Shown here: positions 1 to 9,636 of the stretch, in pieces
Layout: each line of letters begins with the position of its first letter
Numbering within the stretch: the first letter of the stretch is position 1
IMG/VR virus record: IMGVR_UViG_3300047159_000056
Coordinates: 64,001-128,000 of that record
DNA: 64,000 nucleotides
DNA from: a virus
Taxonomy: Duplodnaviria; Caudoviricetes
Strand: one strand, 5' to 3'
Position numbers and translations under genes: made by a program
Notes under the pieces: generated by a model
What the model was told of the DNA's origin: nothing
Database searches by the model: none
The model's input: only the letters and a program-made list of their open reading frames with translations

Positions 1-51
1 ATTTTTTTAAAGAAATTAAATGAATTTCTAGGTAAGAACTATCCTGATGTT

Positions 52-1626
52 TTGAATAATGCTAAGGGAGTTTTATTATCTGAAAAATTGTGTAACGGGA
101 TTATAGATGCTTTCTGTCAATCTATGAAAGAGAAGACTATATCGGCTGACTTTAGTGATCTTTATGATGACTTAGTTTGGGCTGGTCTTAGTACAAAAGA
201 CCTTTCCCTGACAGGTGCATATACTCTTCCTACTAGTGGTATTCCGGTTTTAATTGGTACTAATAATCTTAGAGAAGTATTTTATATATTTATATCGGAA
301 GATTCAAAATTTAGAGGATATAAATCAAATCTACCAACAACATCGGAACCTACCTTAGCTGAAATGGATAAAGAGTTTTCAACTAATATCTCTATTGGAA
401 AATATGTTTCTAAGAAATTAGACAAGAAGATTATTATTCCAAATGATCCATATACACCTAATGAAATCTTAGATGTTTCTACTATGGAGATGGATTCTTT
501 TAATAGGCTTTGTACAACAACGCTTACTAGAGAGATAAAAGCTTTTAATCCAGCTTCCCTAGCAGCTCTTGAAATAGATACAAATGATAGTCTATATGTT
601 AAGTCATTGAAGATGGATCAGATTATAGAAAAGCTATCTTTATTGTATCTCTTAGGACTCAGTAAGGAAGGTCTTCTTAGTGGATTTAGCAAGGGAAAGA
701 TTTCTACTGGAGCAAATCCTAAGATAGATGATGTAGAAATAATTGGATCTAATACAGCAAAGGGAGTGTCTTATATAGAGGGGAGACTTAGAACCTTAGA
801 TACTCCTTGGGTATATTTCTTCTTATACTTTAATAGCAAGAAGAAATTAAATCTGTATATTCCTATTAGAGGTAACTGGATTTTTACGGAGTATTCTAGT
901 ATATATAGAAGAGATTTTCCTATTCAAGATCTCAGCATCCTATCATTAGATTATGGGATTAATGGATTGCCTAGCGTCTTAGATACTACGGTTCCTGATG
1001 ATGTCTTGAGAGAAAAGATTGATAGTGTTGTAGAGGCAGATCCTAGGATTAAACTAGAACAGTACGATATAGTTCCTTCTGCAGACAAAAATGCTTGTGA
1101 AGGGGAATTTATGAGTTCTCTTCCTGGTACTGCTACAACAACAGGTACAGTAGAAACAAAGGCCACTACACAAAAACAGACAACAGTTTCTGGAACAAGT
1201 ATAGGAGCATTACCATTATCTACATTAACCAGTGCTATAGAGACTCTAAATACCATAAAGAATATAGATGAGGTAGGTGAACTGGTTACTAGGATAACTG
1301 ATGAAATTAAGATTAGAAAAGAAGCCATTAAAAAGAACTTGGTAAGAAATAACTATATAGGAAAAATTTATAAAGAATTTGTTCCAGATCATGAAGGAGA
1401 TTTTGTTATATTTAAGATAACAGATTATAACTTTGATCTTAACGAGTTCTCTACAGATACTATATATGTTGGTTCTACCATAATCTCTAGAGATAGTAGA
1501 ATTAATGTACACTTAGAATTAGATGAGACAACATATAAGGTAATTGACAGAACTTTAAAAGGAGCCAATATAATTCTCCAAAAGGATGAGTCGGAGTTTA
1601 AGAAATATAACGATTACTTTAAATGA
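52..1626 (+). CDS. Hypothetical phage protein, probably 5'-truncated by the window edge; Thr-rich linker before a C-terminal domain
   Basis: 524-aa ORF starting at TTG; frame appears open to the window start; no motif recognised. Confidence 0.75.
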   Translation: MNNAKGVLLSEKLCNGIIDAFCQSMKEKTISADFSDLYDDLVWAGLSTKDLSLTGAYTLPTSGIPVLIGTNNLREVFYIFISEDSKFRGYKSNLPTTSEPTLAEMDKEFSTNISIGKYVSKKLDKKIIIPNDPYTPNEILDVSTMEMDSFNRLCTTTLTREIKAFNPASLAALEIDTNDSLYVKSLKMDQIIEKLSLLYLLGLSKEGLLSGFSKGKISTGANPKIDDVEIIGSNTAKGVSYIEGRLRTLDTPWVYFFLYFNSKKKLNLYIPIRGNWIFTEYSSIYRRDFPIQDLSILSLDYGINGLPSVLDTTVPDDVLREKIDSVVEADPRIKLEQYDIVPSADKNACEGEFMSSLPGTATTTGTVETKATTQKQTTVSGTSIGALPLSTLTSAIETLNTIKNIDEVGELVTRITDEIKIRKEAIKKNLVRNNYIGKIYKEFVPDHEGDFVIFKITDYNFDLNEFSTDTIYVGSTIISRDSRINVHLELDETTYKVIDRTLKGANIILQKDESEFKKYNDYFK

Positions 1627-2417
1627 AAACATATAAAGAGAAATCTATAAAGGAGCTAGTCTTGGATAGGAGAAAACTATCCAGGATTAGTTGTCCCGAT
1701 ATTTGTTATGTAGATATTTGTTATGGAGAAGAACTCTTAGATAGAACCAATAGTTTACATATAGATAACATAGTTGGTAAGTTATATAAAGTTACTAGTG
1801 GCAATAAAGTAATTTATTATACCTGTTTATCTTATGACTCTAGATATGGTCTAACAAAGTTTAGAAGTGTAACTGTTATTAGAGATAAATACAATGTAGT
1901 AACTGAAGTAATAGATAAGGAAATTTCTAGATATGTAACCGGATTTAAAAAAGTTTACTGTAGAGGAGAGGAAAAGGAACCGGTTGTTAGAAATGATATA
2001 TTCATCTTAGAAGGAAATCATGAACTTCAACTAGTAAATATTGATTCTTATTTTGATTTTCCAAAAGAATTCCTAAATATTAATAAGTCTGGTCAAAGAT
2101 ATATAATGTTTGAATTTAGTAGCAATATTGGAGCCAAATCCAATATTATGACTTATATAGGAGTATCAATCGGAAAAATCTATGGAAAATTTTTTAGAAT
2201 TTATACTAAGAAAAGGGGTCATTATAAAATAAAACAACTCCCTGTCGATATCTTAGTTGACCTATCGGATATAAAATGCGTTGGTAAAGATGCTAATGCT
2301 ATATTTATGAAAGAAAATACAAATAGAACTATAACTAGGTTTACTAAGTTTGACGTTGATGGCTCATTATATGATTTTTTAGATGCTCAGTTGGTAATAA
2401 TACGTAATTTGGCATGA
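1623..2417 (+). CDS. Hypothetical protein
   Basis: 264-aa ORF with ATGA overlap to the upstream gene. Confidence 0.8.
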   Translation: MKTYKEKSIKELVLDRRKLSRISCPDICYVDICYGEELLDRTNSLHIDNIVGKLYKVTSGNKVIYYTCLSYDSRYGLTKFRSVTVIRDKYNVVTEVIDKEISRYVTGFKKVYCRGEEKEPVVRNDIFILEGNHELQLVNIDSYFDFPKEFLNINKSGQRYIMFEFSSNIGAKSNIMTYIGVSIGKIYGKFFRIYTKKRGHYKIKQLPVDILVDLSDIKCVGKDANAIFMKENTNRTITRFTKFDVDGSLYDFLDAQLVIIRNLA

Positions 2418-2677
2418 AGAAAAGATTAGCTAGTATCCTAGACAATGCAAAAGGAGCTGCAATAGATGCTCTTAAAATGTTACTCTTAATGAAAAAGAAT
2501 AAAGAGCTGGTCTTAAATATGGAGATAGATGGTTTTACCTATAGATCCATCTTCCTATCAAAACATGGAGATCTTTTTGTTAGAAGTATATTCTTAGGAA
2601 AAATCTTAGATGAAAACATAGAAGGATGTAGCTATAAAGTTCTCTATTCTATCTTAGATCATATAGATAGTTACTAG
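2414..2677 (+). CDS. Hypothetical protein
   Basis: 87-aa ORF, ATGA overlap, ends in TAG. Confidence 0.75.
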   Translation: MKKRLASILDNAKGAAIDALKMLLLMKKNKELVLNMEIDGFTYRSIFLSKHGDLFVRSIFLGKILDENIEGCSYKVLYSILDHIDSY

Positions 2678-2686
2678 AATTAATTG

Positions 2687-2714
2687 AAGGGAGATATAGT
2701 TTCTCCTTTCTTTT
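2687..2714 (+). terminator. Putative intrinsic terminator
   Basis: gaaggggaga...tctcctttc stem followed by tttt. Confidence 0.5.
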
Positions 2715-2728
2715 CCTTACTTATGAAA
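2715..2728 (+). promoter_or_regulatory. Putative promoter element CCTTA-N4-TGWA
   Basis: ccttacttatgaaa; same motif at 4196, 8028 and 10056, each just upstream of an operon start. Confidence 0.5.
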
Positions 2729-2745
2729 ATAATATAAAAAATTAT

Positions 2746-4155
2746 ATGTGGTTTAAAGAATTAAATAAGAATGAAGTATTTAATAGTTTATCAAAAATTA
2801 CGGATAGACTTGGTTTACAGAGTTTTGTAGTTGGTGGTTTTGTTAGAGATTATATTCTAGGAATTAAGAGTAGCGACATAGATATTGTTGTAGTTGGTTC
2901 TGGTATAGACTTGGCAAAAGAATATTGTAAAGAAGTAGGAGGTACACTTAGTATTTATGCTTCTTATGGAACAGCTGCAGTAAAGACACCCTGGGGAGAA
3001 GAAGTAGAATTTGTTGGTGCTAGAAAAGAATCTTATACTAGAGGAAGTAGAAATCCGGTTGTTTCTAGCGGTTCTCTTTCTGATGACTTAGGAAGAAGAG
3101 ATTTTACAATAAATGCTATGGCTATTTGTTTATGTGGAGATTCTAGGTTTGGGGAATTAATAGATATGTTTAACGGTTATACAGATTTACAAAATGGTAT
3201 TATTAAGACACCAGTAGATCCAAATATAACCTTCTTAGATGATCCCCTTAGAAGTCTTAGATGTATTAGATTTGCATCAAGATATGGTTTTAAGATAGAA
3301 GATAATACTTGGAATGGCCTAGTTAGAAATGCGTCATTAATAGGTAATATAGTTTGGGAGAGAATTTCATCAGAAGTTTGTAAGATCTTAGAAGGAAATA
3401 ATCCTAAATATGGAATGGAATTATTACAAGAATGTGGTATCTTAAAAATTATTCTTCCAGAGGTTAGTAGGCTTGATACAAATGATCTAACTGCTACAAC
3501 TAAACCTCATAAAAATAATTTCTGGCATTCAATAAGCGTCTTAGATAATGTTTCAAAAGTAAGTGGAAATATTTGGTTAAGATGGGCGGCTCTCTTACAT
3601 GATATTGGTAAAGAGTCTACAAAGCATTATGATCCTATTACTGGTTGGAGTTTTTATAATCACGAACTAGTTGGAGCAGATATGATTAAACCTATTTTTA
3701 CCAGATTTAAATTGCCATTGGGAGATGAATATTCTTATGTGTATAGATTAGTTAGTATGCATATGAGACCACAAACTATAGCTAATAATGAAGTTACAGA
3801 TTCAGCGGTTAGAAGATTATGTAATGATTTTGGTCCTGGTATAGAAGATCTCATTACCTTATGCGAATGTGATATAACTACAAAAAATCTAGATAAGAAG
3901 AATACGTTTATAGAAAGATTTGGTAGAGTAAGGGATATGATTAAGGACTTACAAGAAAGAGACTATATTAGACTATTTCAACCTGTCTTAGGAGGAGATG
4001 ATATAATGAGAATTCTAAACTTAAGACCAGGAAGATTAGTTGGAGAGTTAAAAGAGTTCCTAAAAGAATCTATCTTGGATGGTAAGATAGATAATAGGAG
4101 AGAAGACCTAGAAAGATTATTAATAGACAAAGCAAGAGATATAGGACTTATTTAA
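2746..4155 (+). CDS. cca: CCA-adding tRNA nucleotidyltransferase, class II, with HD domain
   Basis: VGGFVRD, DIDIVV, RRDFTINAMA, DDPLRSLRCIRF, ERISSE and LLHDIGK motifs; Bacteroidota-like EFVGARKESY. Confidence 0.93.
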   Translation: MWFKELNKNEVFNSLSKITDRLGLQSFVVGGFVRDYILGIKSSDIDIVVVGSGIDLAKEYCKEVGGTLSIYASYGTAAVKTPWGEEVEFVGARKESYTRGSRNPVVSSGSLSDDLGRRDFTINAMAICLCGDSRFGELIDMFNGYTDLQNGIIKTPVDPNITFLDDPLRSLRCIRFASRYGFKIEDNTWNGLVRNASLIGNIVWERISSEVCKILEGNNPKYGMELLQECGILKIILPEVSRLDTNDLTATTKPHKNNFWHSISVLDNVSKVSGNIWLRWAALLHDIGKESTKHYDPITGWSFYNHELVGADMIKPIFTRFKLPLGDEYSYVYRLVSMHMRPQTIANNEVTDSAVRRLCNDFGPGIEDLITLCECDITTKNLDKKNTFIERFGRVRDMIKDLQERDYIRLFQPVLGGDDIMRILNLRPGRLVGELKEFLKESILDGKIDNRREDLERLLIDKARDIGLI

Positions 4156-4160
4156 AAATT

Positions 4161-4195
4161 AGAAGTAGAGAAAGAGGAATTCTCTACTTTCTTTT
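4161..4195 (+). terminator. Putative intrinsic terminator
   Basis: aagtagagaa...ttctctactt stem plus T-rich tail after cca. Confidence 0.6.
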
Positions 4196-4209
4196 CCTTA
4201 TTATTGAAT
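4196..4209 (+). promoter_or_regulatory. Putative promoter element CCTTA-N4-TGWA
   Basis: ccttattattgaat. Confidence 0.5.
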
Positions 4210-4218
4210 ATGAAAAAT

Positions 4219-4971
4219 ATGAAAAAGAGAAAATATGATATTATAATCACAAGACATGGTAATACAATTAGAACCTATGTCGGTTTAATATTAAATTGGA
4301 ATCTGCAAACCATAAATGAATATATGGTTGACGGATTTATAAAAAGAAATCCTAATTACAAATACTATCCTTTTTATTCATTTAGTTATGAAGGTACAAA
4401 GTCAGGAGATCTTATAAATACAGTTCTCTATAGTGACTATGATCATGCTATTAGCTTAAACAATACTTATGGAAATATTAAGGAATTGGAAAATAAAGTT
4501 AGCCCAGAGTATTTTTATAATATTGTTTGTGGAGGATATAATGAGATGAGAGTTAAGACTAAAAATTATATGGAAATAGATTTTCAATTCTTTAACGAAT
4601 ATGATTATACACATGGAAATGATGTAGAAGAATATAAACTCTGGCGGGATCTTAAGAAAATGATGAGAGATTCTGATTATTCTAACTTACCAGATAAGGA
4701 AAGTGTTAAGAGCACAATTGAGTATATACAAGATAGAAAAAATCCTAAGTTTGGAATTAATCTGTCACATTATATATCAGGTCCAAATACAGTTTTTAGT
4801 AATACTCTGTACCTAATAGAAGATGTTAGCTTGGATATTAGTAATTCTATATATGTTTCTGAGTCTAGTACTAATCCAGGTGGAGAAGTATGGGAAAAGA
4901 CTAAGTTAAAAACAACATTCTTAGATGTAAATCAAGCTATTAATGATCAAGAAAAATTTATTGAATATTAG
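4219..4971 (+). CDS. Hypothetical protein, 'WNL' paralogue family member 1
   Basis: MKKRKY...YVGLILNWNLQTINEY...VSLDIS...KFIEY; ATG at 4219 chosen by alignment with paralogues (track start 4204 is TTG). Confidence 0.8.
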   Translation: MKKRKYDIIITRHGNTIRTYVGLILNWNLQTINEYMVDGFIKRNPNYKYYPFYSFSYEGTKSGDLINTVLYSDYDHAISLNNTYGNIKELENKVSPEYFYNIVCGGYNEMRVKTKNYMEIDFQFFNEYDYTHGNDVEEYKLWRDLKKMMRDSDYSNLPDKESVKSTIEYIQDRKNPKFGINLSHYISGPNTVFSNTLYLIEDVSLDISNSIYVSESSTNPGGEVWEKTKLKTTFLDVNQAINDQEKFIEY

Positions 4972-4973
4972 TT

Positions 4974-5597
4974 ATGAGAAAAACATATCTAATTAGACAA
5001 CTGGATGATAAAGATAAGACAACCTATATTAGATTAGTCTTACACTTAAATCCAGATAACTTAGAAAAATATATTTGTCCTGATTGTAAAATAACTTCTT
5101 ACTATAGGCCAATTTATACACTATTTGGGAATATCTCTGAACCAGATGAGCCCTTTAGATTAACATATAATGGCTTTAGTTATCCAAGACCAGAAGAGTG
5201 GTTAGAACAGTTTAATAAGATAGATGAACTGGTTGGAGATTATGGATATGATATAACTGTCTATATTAATATTAAATTTATAGAGCCTTATCTTTTATTA
5301 GATGAGAAGTTATATTCTAGTTACTTTATATATAACTCCATATTTCCTAGATATATGTTTATCTCTAATGTTTATGACGACTCCAAAGAAAAAACAGATT
5401 ACTTTATATCATTAGACCTGGAAGAAAACTTAAGAAATTTTTATATTCCAGAGCAATATCCAGGAAACTATTTGAAGATTTCTAAATTTTTCATTAACCT
5501 GGTAACAGAAAATGAAAAGGTTGGTTATAAGATTAGTAAATTTATAGAACTTGAAGAAGATGAAAAGGAAATATATTATAGGTCAGAGTGGAAATAG
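4974..5597 (+). CDS. Hypothetical protein, paralogue family member 2
   Basis: MRKTY...YIRLVLHLNPDNLEKYI...ISLDLEENL...KFIELE. Confidence 0.8.
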   Translation: MRKTYLIRQLDDKDKTTYIRLVLHLNPDNLEKYICPDCKITSYYRPIYTLFGNISEPDEPFRLTYNGFSYPRPEEWLEQFNKIDELVGDYGYDITVYINIKFIEPYLLLDEKLYSSYFIYNSIFPRYMFISNVYDDSKEKTDYFISLDLEENLRNFYIPEQYPGNYLKISKFFINLVTENEKVGYKISKFIELEEDEKEIYYRSEWK

Positions 5598-6210
5598 TTA
5601 TGGATTTAATGCTTATATTTATTTAGATTTATACTGGAATATAGAAACACTTGGTGATTTTGTTTTCTGGAATAATAATCGTGATATTGACTCGGTAAGA
5701 CTTAATAGATTTTTCTGGGCTCTTAATGATCTTGATCCTGGTGAGACTCTTACGGATTATTTAGAAAGAAGAGGAAAATTTCTTCTAGATTCTGACGAGC
5801 AGGCTTGGGTTAGGAATAAAGTTAGAAGGCATTATAAGATGTCAGATATAGTTGCCCCAGATATAATTGTTAGAGACTATCCGGTAGGCATATATCCTAT
5901 AATAGATCCTAAACTAACTGGTAAGAAATTTGAGTCTTATTTTGAGAAACATAATATATTTGAATCATCAGAATTTTGTTTAGGTGATAAACCTACCTGG
6001 GAATTAGAACCACCAGAAGAAATGAAATTTTATGAAGTTAACTTAGATATAGAAGCTAATATAAAGAGGCAACTAGATGTTATATATTCAAGAACTAAGA
6101 TAAGGCCTAATCATAGAATCCATATATTTATTGATGATTTTATTTTATCTAATCTTAATCTTAAATATGGAACAGGATCCAGGTGTAATAGGTACGCAGA
6201 ATTAGACTAA
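5560..6210 (+). CDS. Hypothetical protein, paralogue family member 3
   Basis: MKRKY...YIYLDLYWNIETLGDFV...VNLDIEANI...RYAELD; ATG at 5560. Confidence 0.8.
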   Translation: MKRKYIIGQSGNSYGFNAYIYLDLYWNIETLGDFVFWNNNRDIDSVRLNRFFWALNDLDPGETLTDYLERRGKFLLDSDEQAWVRNKVRRHYKMSDIVAPDIIVRDYPVGIYPIIDPKLTGKKFESYFEKHNIFESSEFCLGDKPTWELEPPEEMKFYEVNLDIEANIKRQLDVIYSRTKIRPNHRIHIFIDDFILSNLNLKYGTGSRCNRYAELD

Positions 6211-6214
6211 GAAT

Positions 6215-6856
6215 ATGAAAAGAACTTATAAGATAGTACTAGCATTAAAACCATTAGGAGGAGATAGAATTAAATGTCTTGGTGCATTTATTATTCTAAA
6301 TCTTAGATGGAATCTCAAACATCTACAAAAATATTTTAATGATTACTATAAATGTAGATATAGGGAAGATAGGATTTTATTTTTAGGAAATTTTAACAAG
6401 AAGAACATTACCAATAGTGTAATAGAAGATTATATAAAGAAATCACAAATAATTTCACTTAAGAAGGTTCATGATTGTGATTGGAAATGTAATTGCTGGA
6501 ATATTTTGGATATAGTCGGAGATGACCTAGTAATTCCAAGTTTGATTAGAATAAATGATCCAGTTCATGGTGTTGATAAAATAAAATTTATTGATACAGA
6601 GAACATAGAAAAATTCTTTGATTATAATCCTATATTTGATTGGAGATACTGTGATGGACTAGAAATAAATCCAGTTGTTCTTAGTGTTAGTGGGTATAGG
6701 GATTATCTAACCATTAACCTAGATGTAGAGAGAAATTTAGAGAAGTTTTTTATTACGAAGAATTCAAATTGCTGCATCTATAATAGGTTAGCTAAAGATT
6801 TTATTCTAGCAAATATAGATAGAGATTATAAAAAATATGCAGAATATGATGACTAA
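6215..6856 (+). CDS. Hypothetical protein, paralogue family member 4
   Basis: MKRTY...FIILNLRWNLKHLQKYF...INLDVERNL...KYAEYD. Confidence 0.8.
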   Translation: MKRTYKIVLALKPLGGDRIKCLGAFIILNLRWNLKHLQKYFNDYYKCRYREDRILFLGNFNKKNITNSVIEDYIKKSQIISLKKVHDCDWKCNCWNILDIVGDDLVIPSLIRINDPVHGVDKIKFIDTENIEKFFDYNPIFDWRYCDGLEINPVVLSVSGYRDYLTINLDVERNLEKFFITKNSNCCIYNRLAKDFILANIDRDYKKYAEYDD

Positions 6857-7994
6857 AAAAGAAGTTCACGTAGTAATTGGTAGTTTATTTGGGGATGAAG
6901 GAAAGGGATATACAGTTCAATCCCTAGTTTATAAATCTATTCAAGAAGGGAAAAAGCCTTGTGTTGTTAGATTTAGTGGAGGACCTCAAGCTGGACACTG
7001 TGTTAGAAATAATGGAAAAACTCATATATGTTCTTCCTATGGCTCTGGTGTCCTACTAGGAGCACCTACTTTTATCTTAGGAAATCTTAATACTTATATA
7101 GATCCTATTTCAATGGGACTAGAGAGATTAGTCCTAGGTAGAGAGGTGGGTATATTGGTTAAAGATCTTCCTAGGATAGATAAGAATAAACCGCCATATA
7201 TTATTACTCCATTTGATGTTTATAGTGAAATAGAGAATAAGAAGATACTAGAGGATGGTACTTGTGGAAAGGGTTTATATACTTGTTTATTGAGGTATAG
7301 AGAAAATTATATAGATCCTACAATTAGTTCTTCTGATTTTTATGATACAGTTAAATTATACTACGGAGAGACAGAGGATCCATATAAAACTACTTTTATT
7401 GGCTATCTAGATGAACTAAAAAAGAATAGTATTAGTTTTGAGGATTTTATAGATCCATTTGATGTAGTAATATTTGAAGGATCTCAGGGATTACTCTTAG
7501 ACGAGGATGCTGGTTTTCTTCCTCATGTTACATCAAGCTGTACGGGTCTTGGGGGATTAGCAACTAATAAACTACTCCCAGGTGCTAATATTTGGTTTGT
7601 TACGAGAACTTACTTAACTAGACATGGGAATGGTTATTGTCCTATATATGATGATTTATTCTTCACTAAGTATTTTTGTAAATTAACGACTGGAGAAATA
7701 AATGTAAGTAATAGATTTCAGGGTAATTTTAAAATGGGATACCTAGAAGAACAATTATTTAGGATGGCTTATGTTAAAAATTCTTTAGAATATTTTAAGG
7801 GGAAGTTTAACCTAAGATATAGTCTAGTAGTAACACATTCTGATTGTCTTAATTCTTCTGTAGTTCCAATAATTAATAGAGATACTGGAAAAATAGATGA
7901 AAGACATGTAGAGGACTTAGGAGAAATTTTCTTAGGTAAAAGTTTGGATAATATTTTCATTAGCAAAAATGAACAAGACAGATCTATTAAGTAA
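6837..7994 (+). CDS. Divergent adenylosuccinate synthetase-like protein (PurA family; not PurZ)
   Basis: FGDEGKG, RFSGGPQAGH, TCGKG, FEGSQGLLLD, PHVTSS and YLTRHGNG motifs; catalytic Asp of GDEGKG retained; true start probably 6846 or 6849. Confidence 0.88.
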   Translation: MQNMMTKKEVHVVIGSLFGDEGKGYTVQSLVYKSIQEGKKPCVVRFSGGPQAGHCVRNNGKTHICSSYGSGVLLGAPTFILGNLNTYIDPISMGLERLVLGREVGILVKDLPRIDKNKPPYIITPFDVYSEIENKKILEDGTCGKGLYTCLLRYRENYIDPTISSSDFYDTVKLYYGETEDPYKTTFIGYLDELKKNSISFEDFIDPFDVVIFEGSQGLLLDEDAGFLPHVTSSCTGLGGLATNKLLPGANIWFVTRTYLTRHGNGYCPIYDDLFFTKYFCKLTTGEINVSNRFQGNFKMGYLEEQLFRMAYVKNSLEYFKGKFNLRYSLVVTHSDCLNSSVVPIINRDTGKIDERHVEDLGEIFLGKSLDNIFISKNEQDRSIK

Positions 7995-8027
7995 AGCCTA
8001 TATTTTGCTCTTGAGAAGACTATAGAA

Positions 8028-8041
8028 CCTTACCTATGTAG
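8028..8041 (+). promoter_or_regulatory. Putative promoter element CCTTA-N4-TGWA
   Basis: ccttacctatgtag. Confidence 0.45.
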
Positions 8042-8062
8042 AAATAATAAACTAATTAAAGT

Positions 8063-8803
8063 ATGGAAAAAGTTTTAAAGACCGTTAAAGATTTGATTTT
8101 ATCTAATAATATTGGAACAAATCCGGTAGACTTAGTTGATGGTATGTCTATTCAGTTTGATTATCCTGGCACTAATGGTATTGTTATAAAAAGAACAAAC
8201 AGGATTTCTCTAGCAGATTATGACACAACCAAAACTACAGATGAAGAGAAAAAAGTAAAGTATAATAATCTAATTATACTTAAAGGAGCTTCTAATGCTG
8301 ACTCTATCTCTTTTAGCATGACGGGGAAAAATAAGGCTGCAGATATTTATTCTTGGGTAAAGGATAAATTAGAAAATCAGACTTATGATGAAGAACTACT
8401 AACTATGATTAAAGAAATTAAGTCAAAGGCAGAATTATCAAAAGCTAATTATTTGAAAACCGATGTAAATAGTTTTCATATTAGTCGAGAGATTGAAGAC
8501 TTTAAGAATTCCTTTAGATATAGAAGCCTAGTTGTTAAGATAAATGAAATAGTAACAGAAGATTATGTTATATTTTCAGTAAGAAGGTCATTAAAAAATC
8601 CAGATGAACCGGTAGTACTAGTAAAAAGCATTGTTGATACAGTAAGTAATACAAAATTAGATCAAGATTTTAAGATTGAGAATGTAACTTCTGATATTGA
8701 TAGTGAAGTAGTATTTAAGGGAATGGAAACCATAGATAAGCTTAGAGGAAAAAAGGATGAAGATCTTGCAAACGAATTAGAAAAACGTCTTCAGGATATT
8801 TAA
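8063..8803 (+). CDS. Hypothetical protein
   Basis: 246-aa ORF with AT-rich leader. Confidence 0.8.
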   Translation: MEKVLKTVKDLILSNNIGTNPVDLVDGMSIQFDYPGTNGIVIKRTNRISLADYDTTKTTDEEKKVKYNNLIILKGASNADSISFSMTGKNKAADIYSWVKDKLENQTYDEELLTMIKEIKSKAELSKANYLKTDVNSFHISREIEDFKNSFRYRSLVVKINEIVTEDYVIFSVRRSLKNPDEPVVLVKSIVDTVSNTKLDQDFKIENVTSDIDSEVVFKGMETIDKLRGKKDEDLANELEKRLQDI

Positions 8804-8876
8804 ACCGAGATATAGGGAAAGTAATTATTTCTAAAATAATGAAATCCCTATTTATATTTTTCCTCTAATAATATAT

Positions 8877-9530
8877 ATGGGAGATTATTTTAAGACAGAT
8901 CTTTTAGTAGATACAAGCGAAAATAATTTGATCTTATGTTCTAGTCTTATCTTACCTAAGAGGATACTAAGTGAATATAAGTTGTTTACTAAGGATAATG
9001 TTTTTGAACTAGTGGAAAGTAAAAATAAGGTATCATTCTTAGAAGCATCCAGGTTAATACATAGTGACCTAGGTAGAGATATTATAAGAGATTCTAGGAT
9101 GGACAAGTGGGAAAAAGTTGTTGAAATTCCCTTCGGCTTATCAATAGATATAGGAAAATACTGGGTTAGAAATTACACAACATATAAAAGATTATCCCTA
9201 ATAACAGAGAGACTTGAAAAATATGCGAGCAATATTAATGAATCTATCCTAGTTAGATTAGGAGGATCAGAAAGTATTTGTTTTGGTACTATAGAAAATA
9301 TAGAAGAAGCAATAGATGAGAAAGAACCTGTGGTAATAGAAAATATTAGTTTTGATTTGATTAGAAATGTACTTAAAAAAGCAATAGACGAAAGATATAA
9401 ATTTTCATCATCTATTGGCGATATAGATATCATGTCAGAACTAGAAATTATTGTTGGTCTTTACTCTAACTCTAAAAATAATTTTATGTTAAGCAGTAAT
9501 AGTAACAGATTTATTGAACTTAGTGATTAA
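8877..9530 (+). CDS. Hypothetical protein, possible divergent member of the paralogue family
   Basis: C-terminal IENISFDLIRNV...NRFIELSD resembles the family C-terminal motif; WNL motif not clear. Confidence 0.7.
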   Translation: MGDYFKTDLLVDTSENNLILCSSLILPKRILSEYKLFTKDNVFELVESKNKVSFLEASRLIHSDLGRDIIRDSRMDKWEKVVEIPFGLSIDIGKYWVRNYTTYKRLSLITERLEKYASNINESILVRLGGSESICFGTIENIEEAIDEKEPVVIENISFDLIRNVLKKAIDERYKFSSSIGDIDIMSELEIIVGLYSNSKNNFMLSSNSNRFIELSD

Positions 9531-9632
9531 ATGGGAGAGCTAAATGTAGAAATCTTATGTAAAATAGTTTTATCAGTAGTAATGTTAATTAGTTGCATTA
9601 CGATAAGTAGTAATAATAATCATAAAGAATAA
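9531..9632 (+). CDS. Small 33-aa hydrophobic (single-TM) peptide, not in ORF track
   Basis: MGELNVEILCKIVLSVVMLISCITISSNNNHKE; begins directly after the upstream stop and ends 4 nt before the next ATG. Confidence 0.5.
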   Translation: MGELNVEILCKIVLSVVMLISCITISSNNNHKE

Positions 9633-9636
9633 AATA

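Noticed and set aside
6837-7994. PurZ / Z-genome pathway
   Set aside because: Retains the PurA Asp in GDEGKG (PurZ has Ser there); no datZ or mazZ in the window
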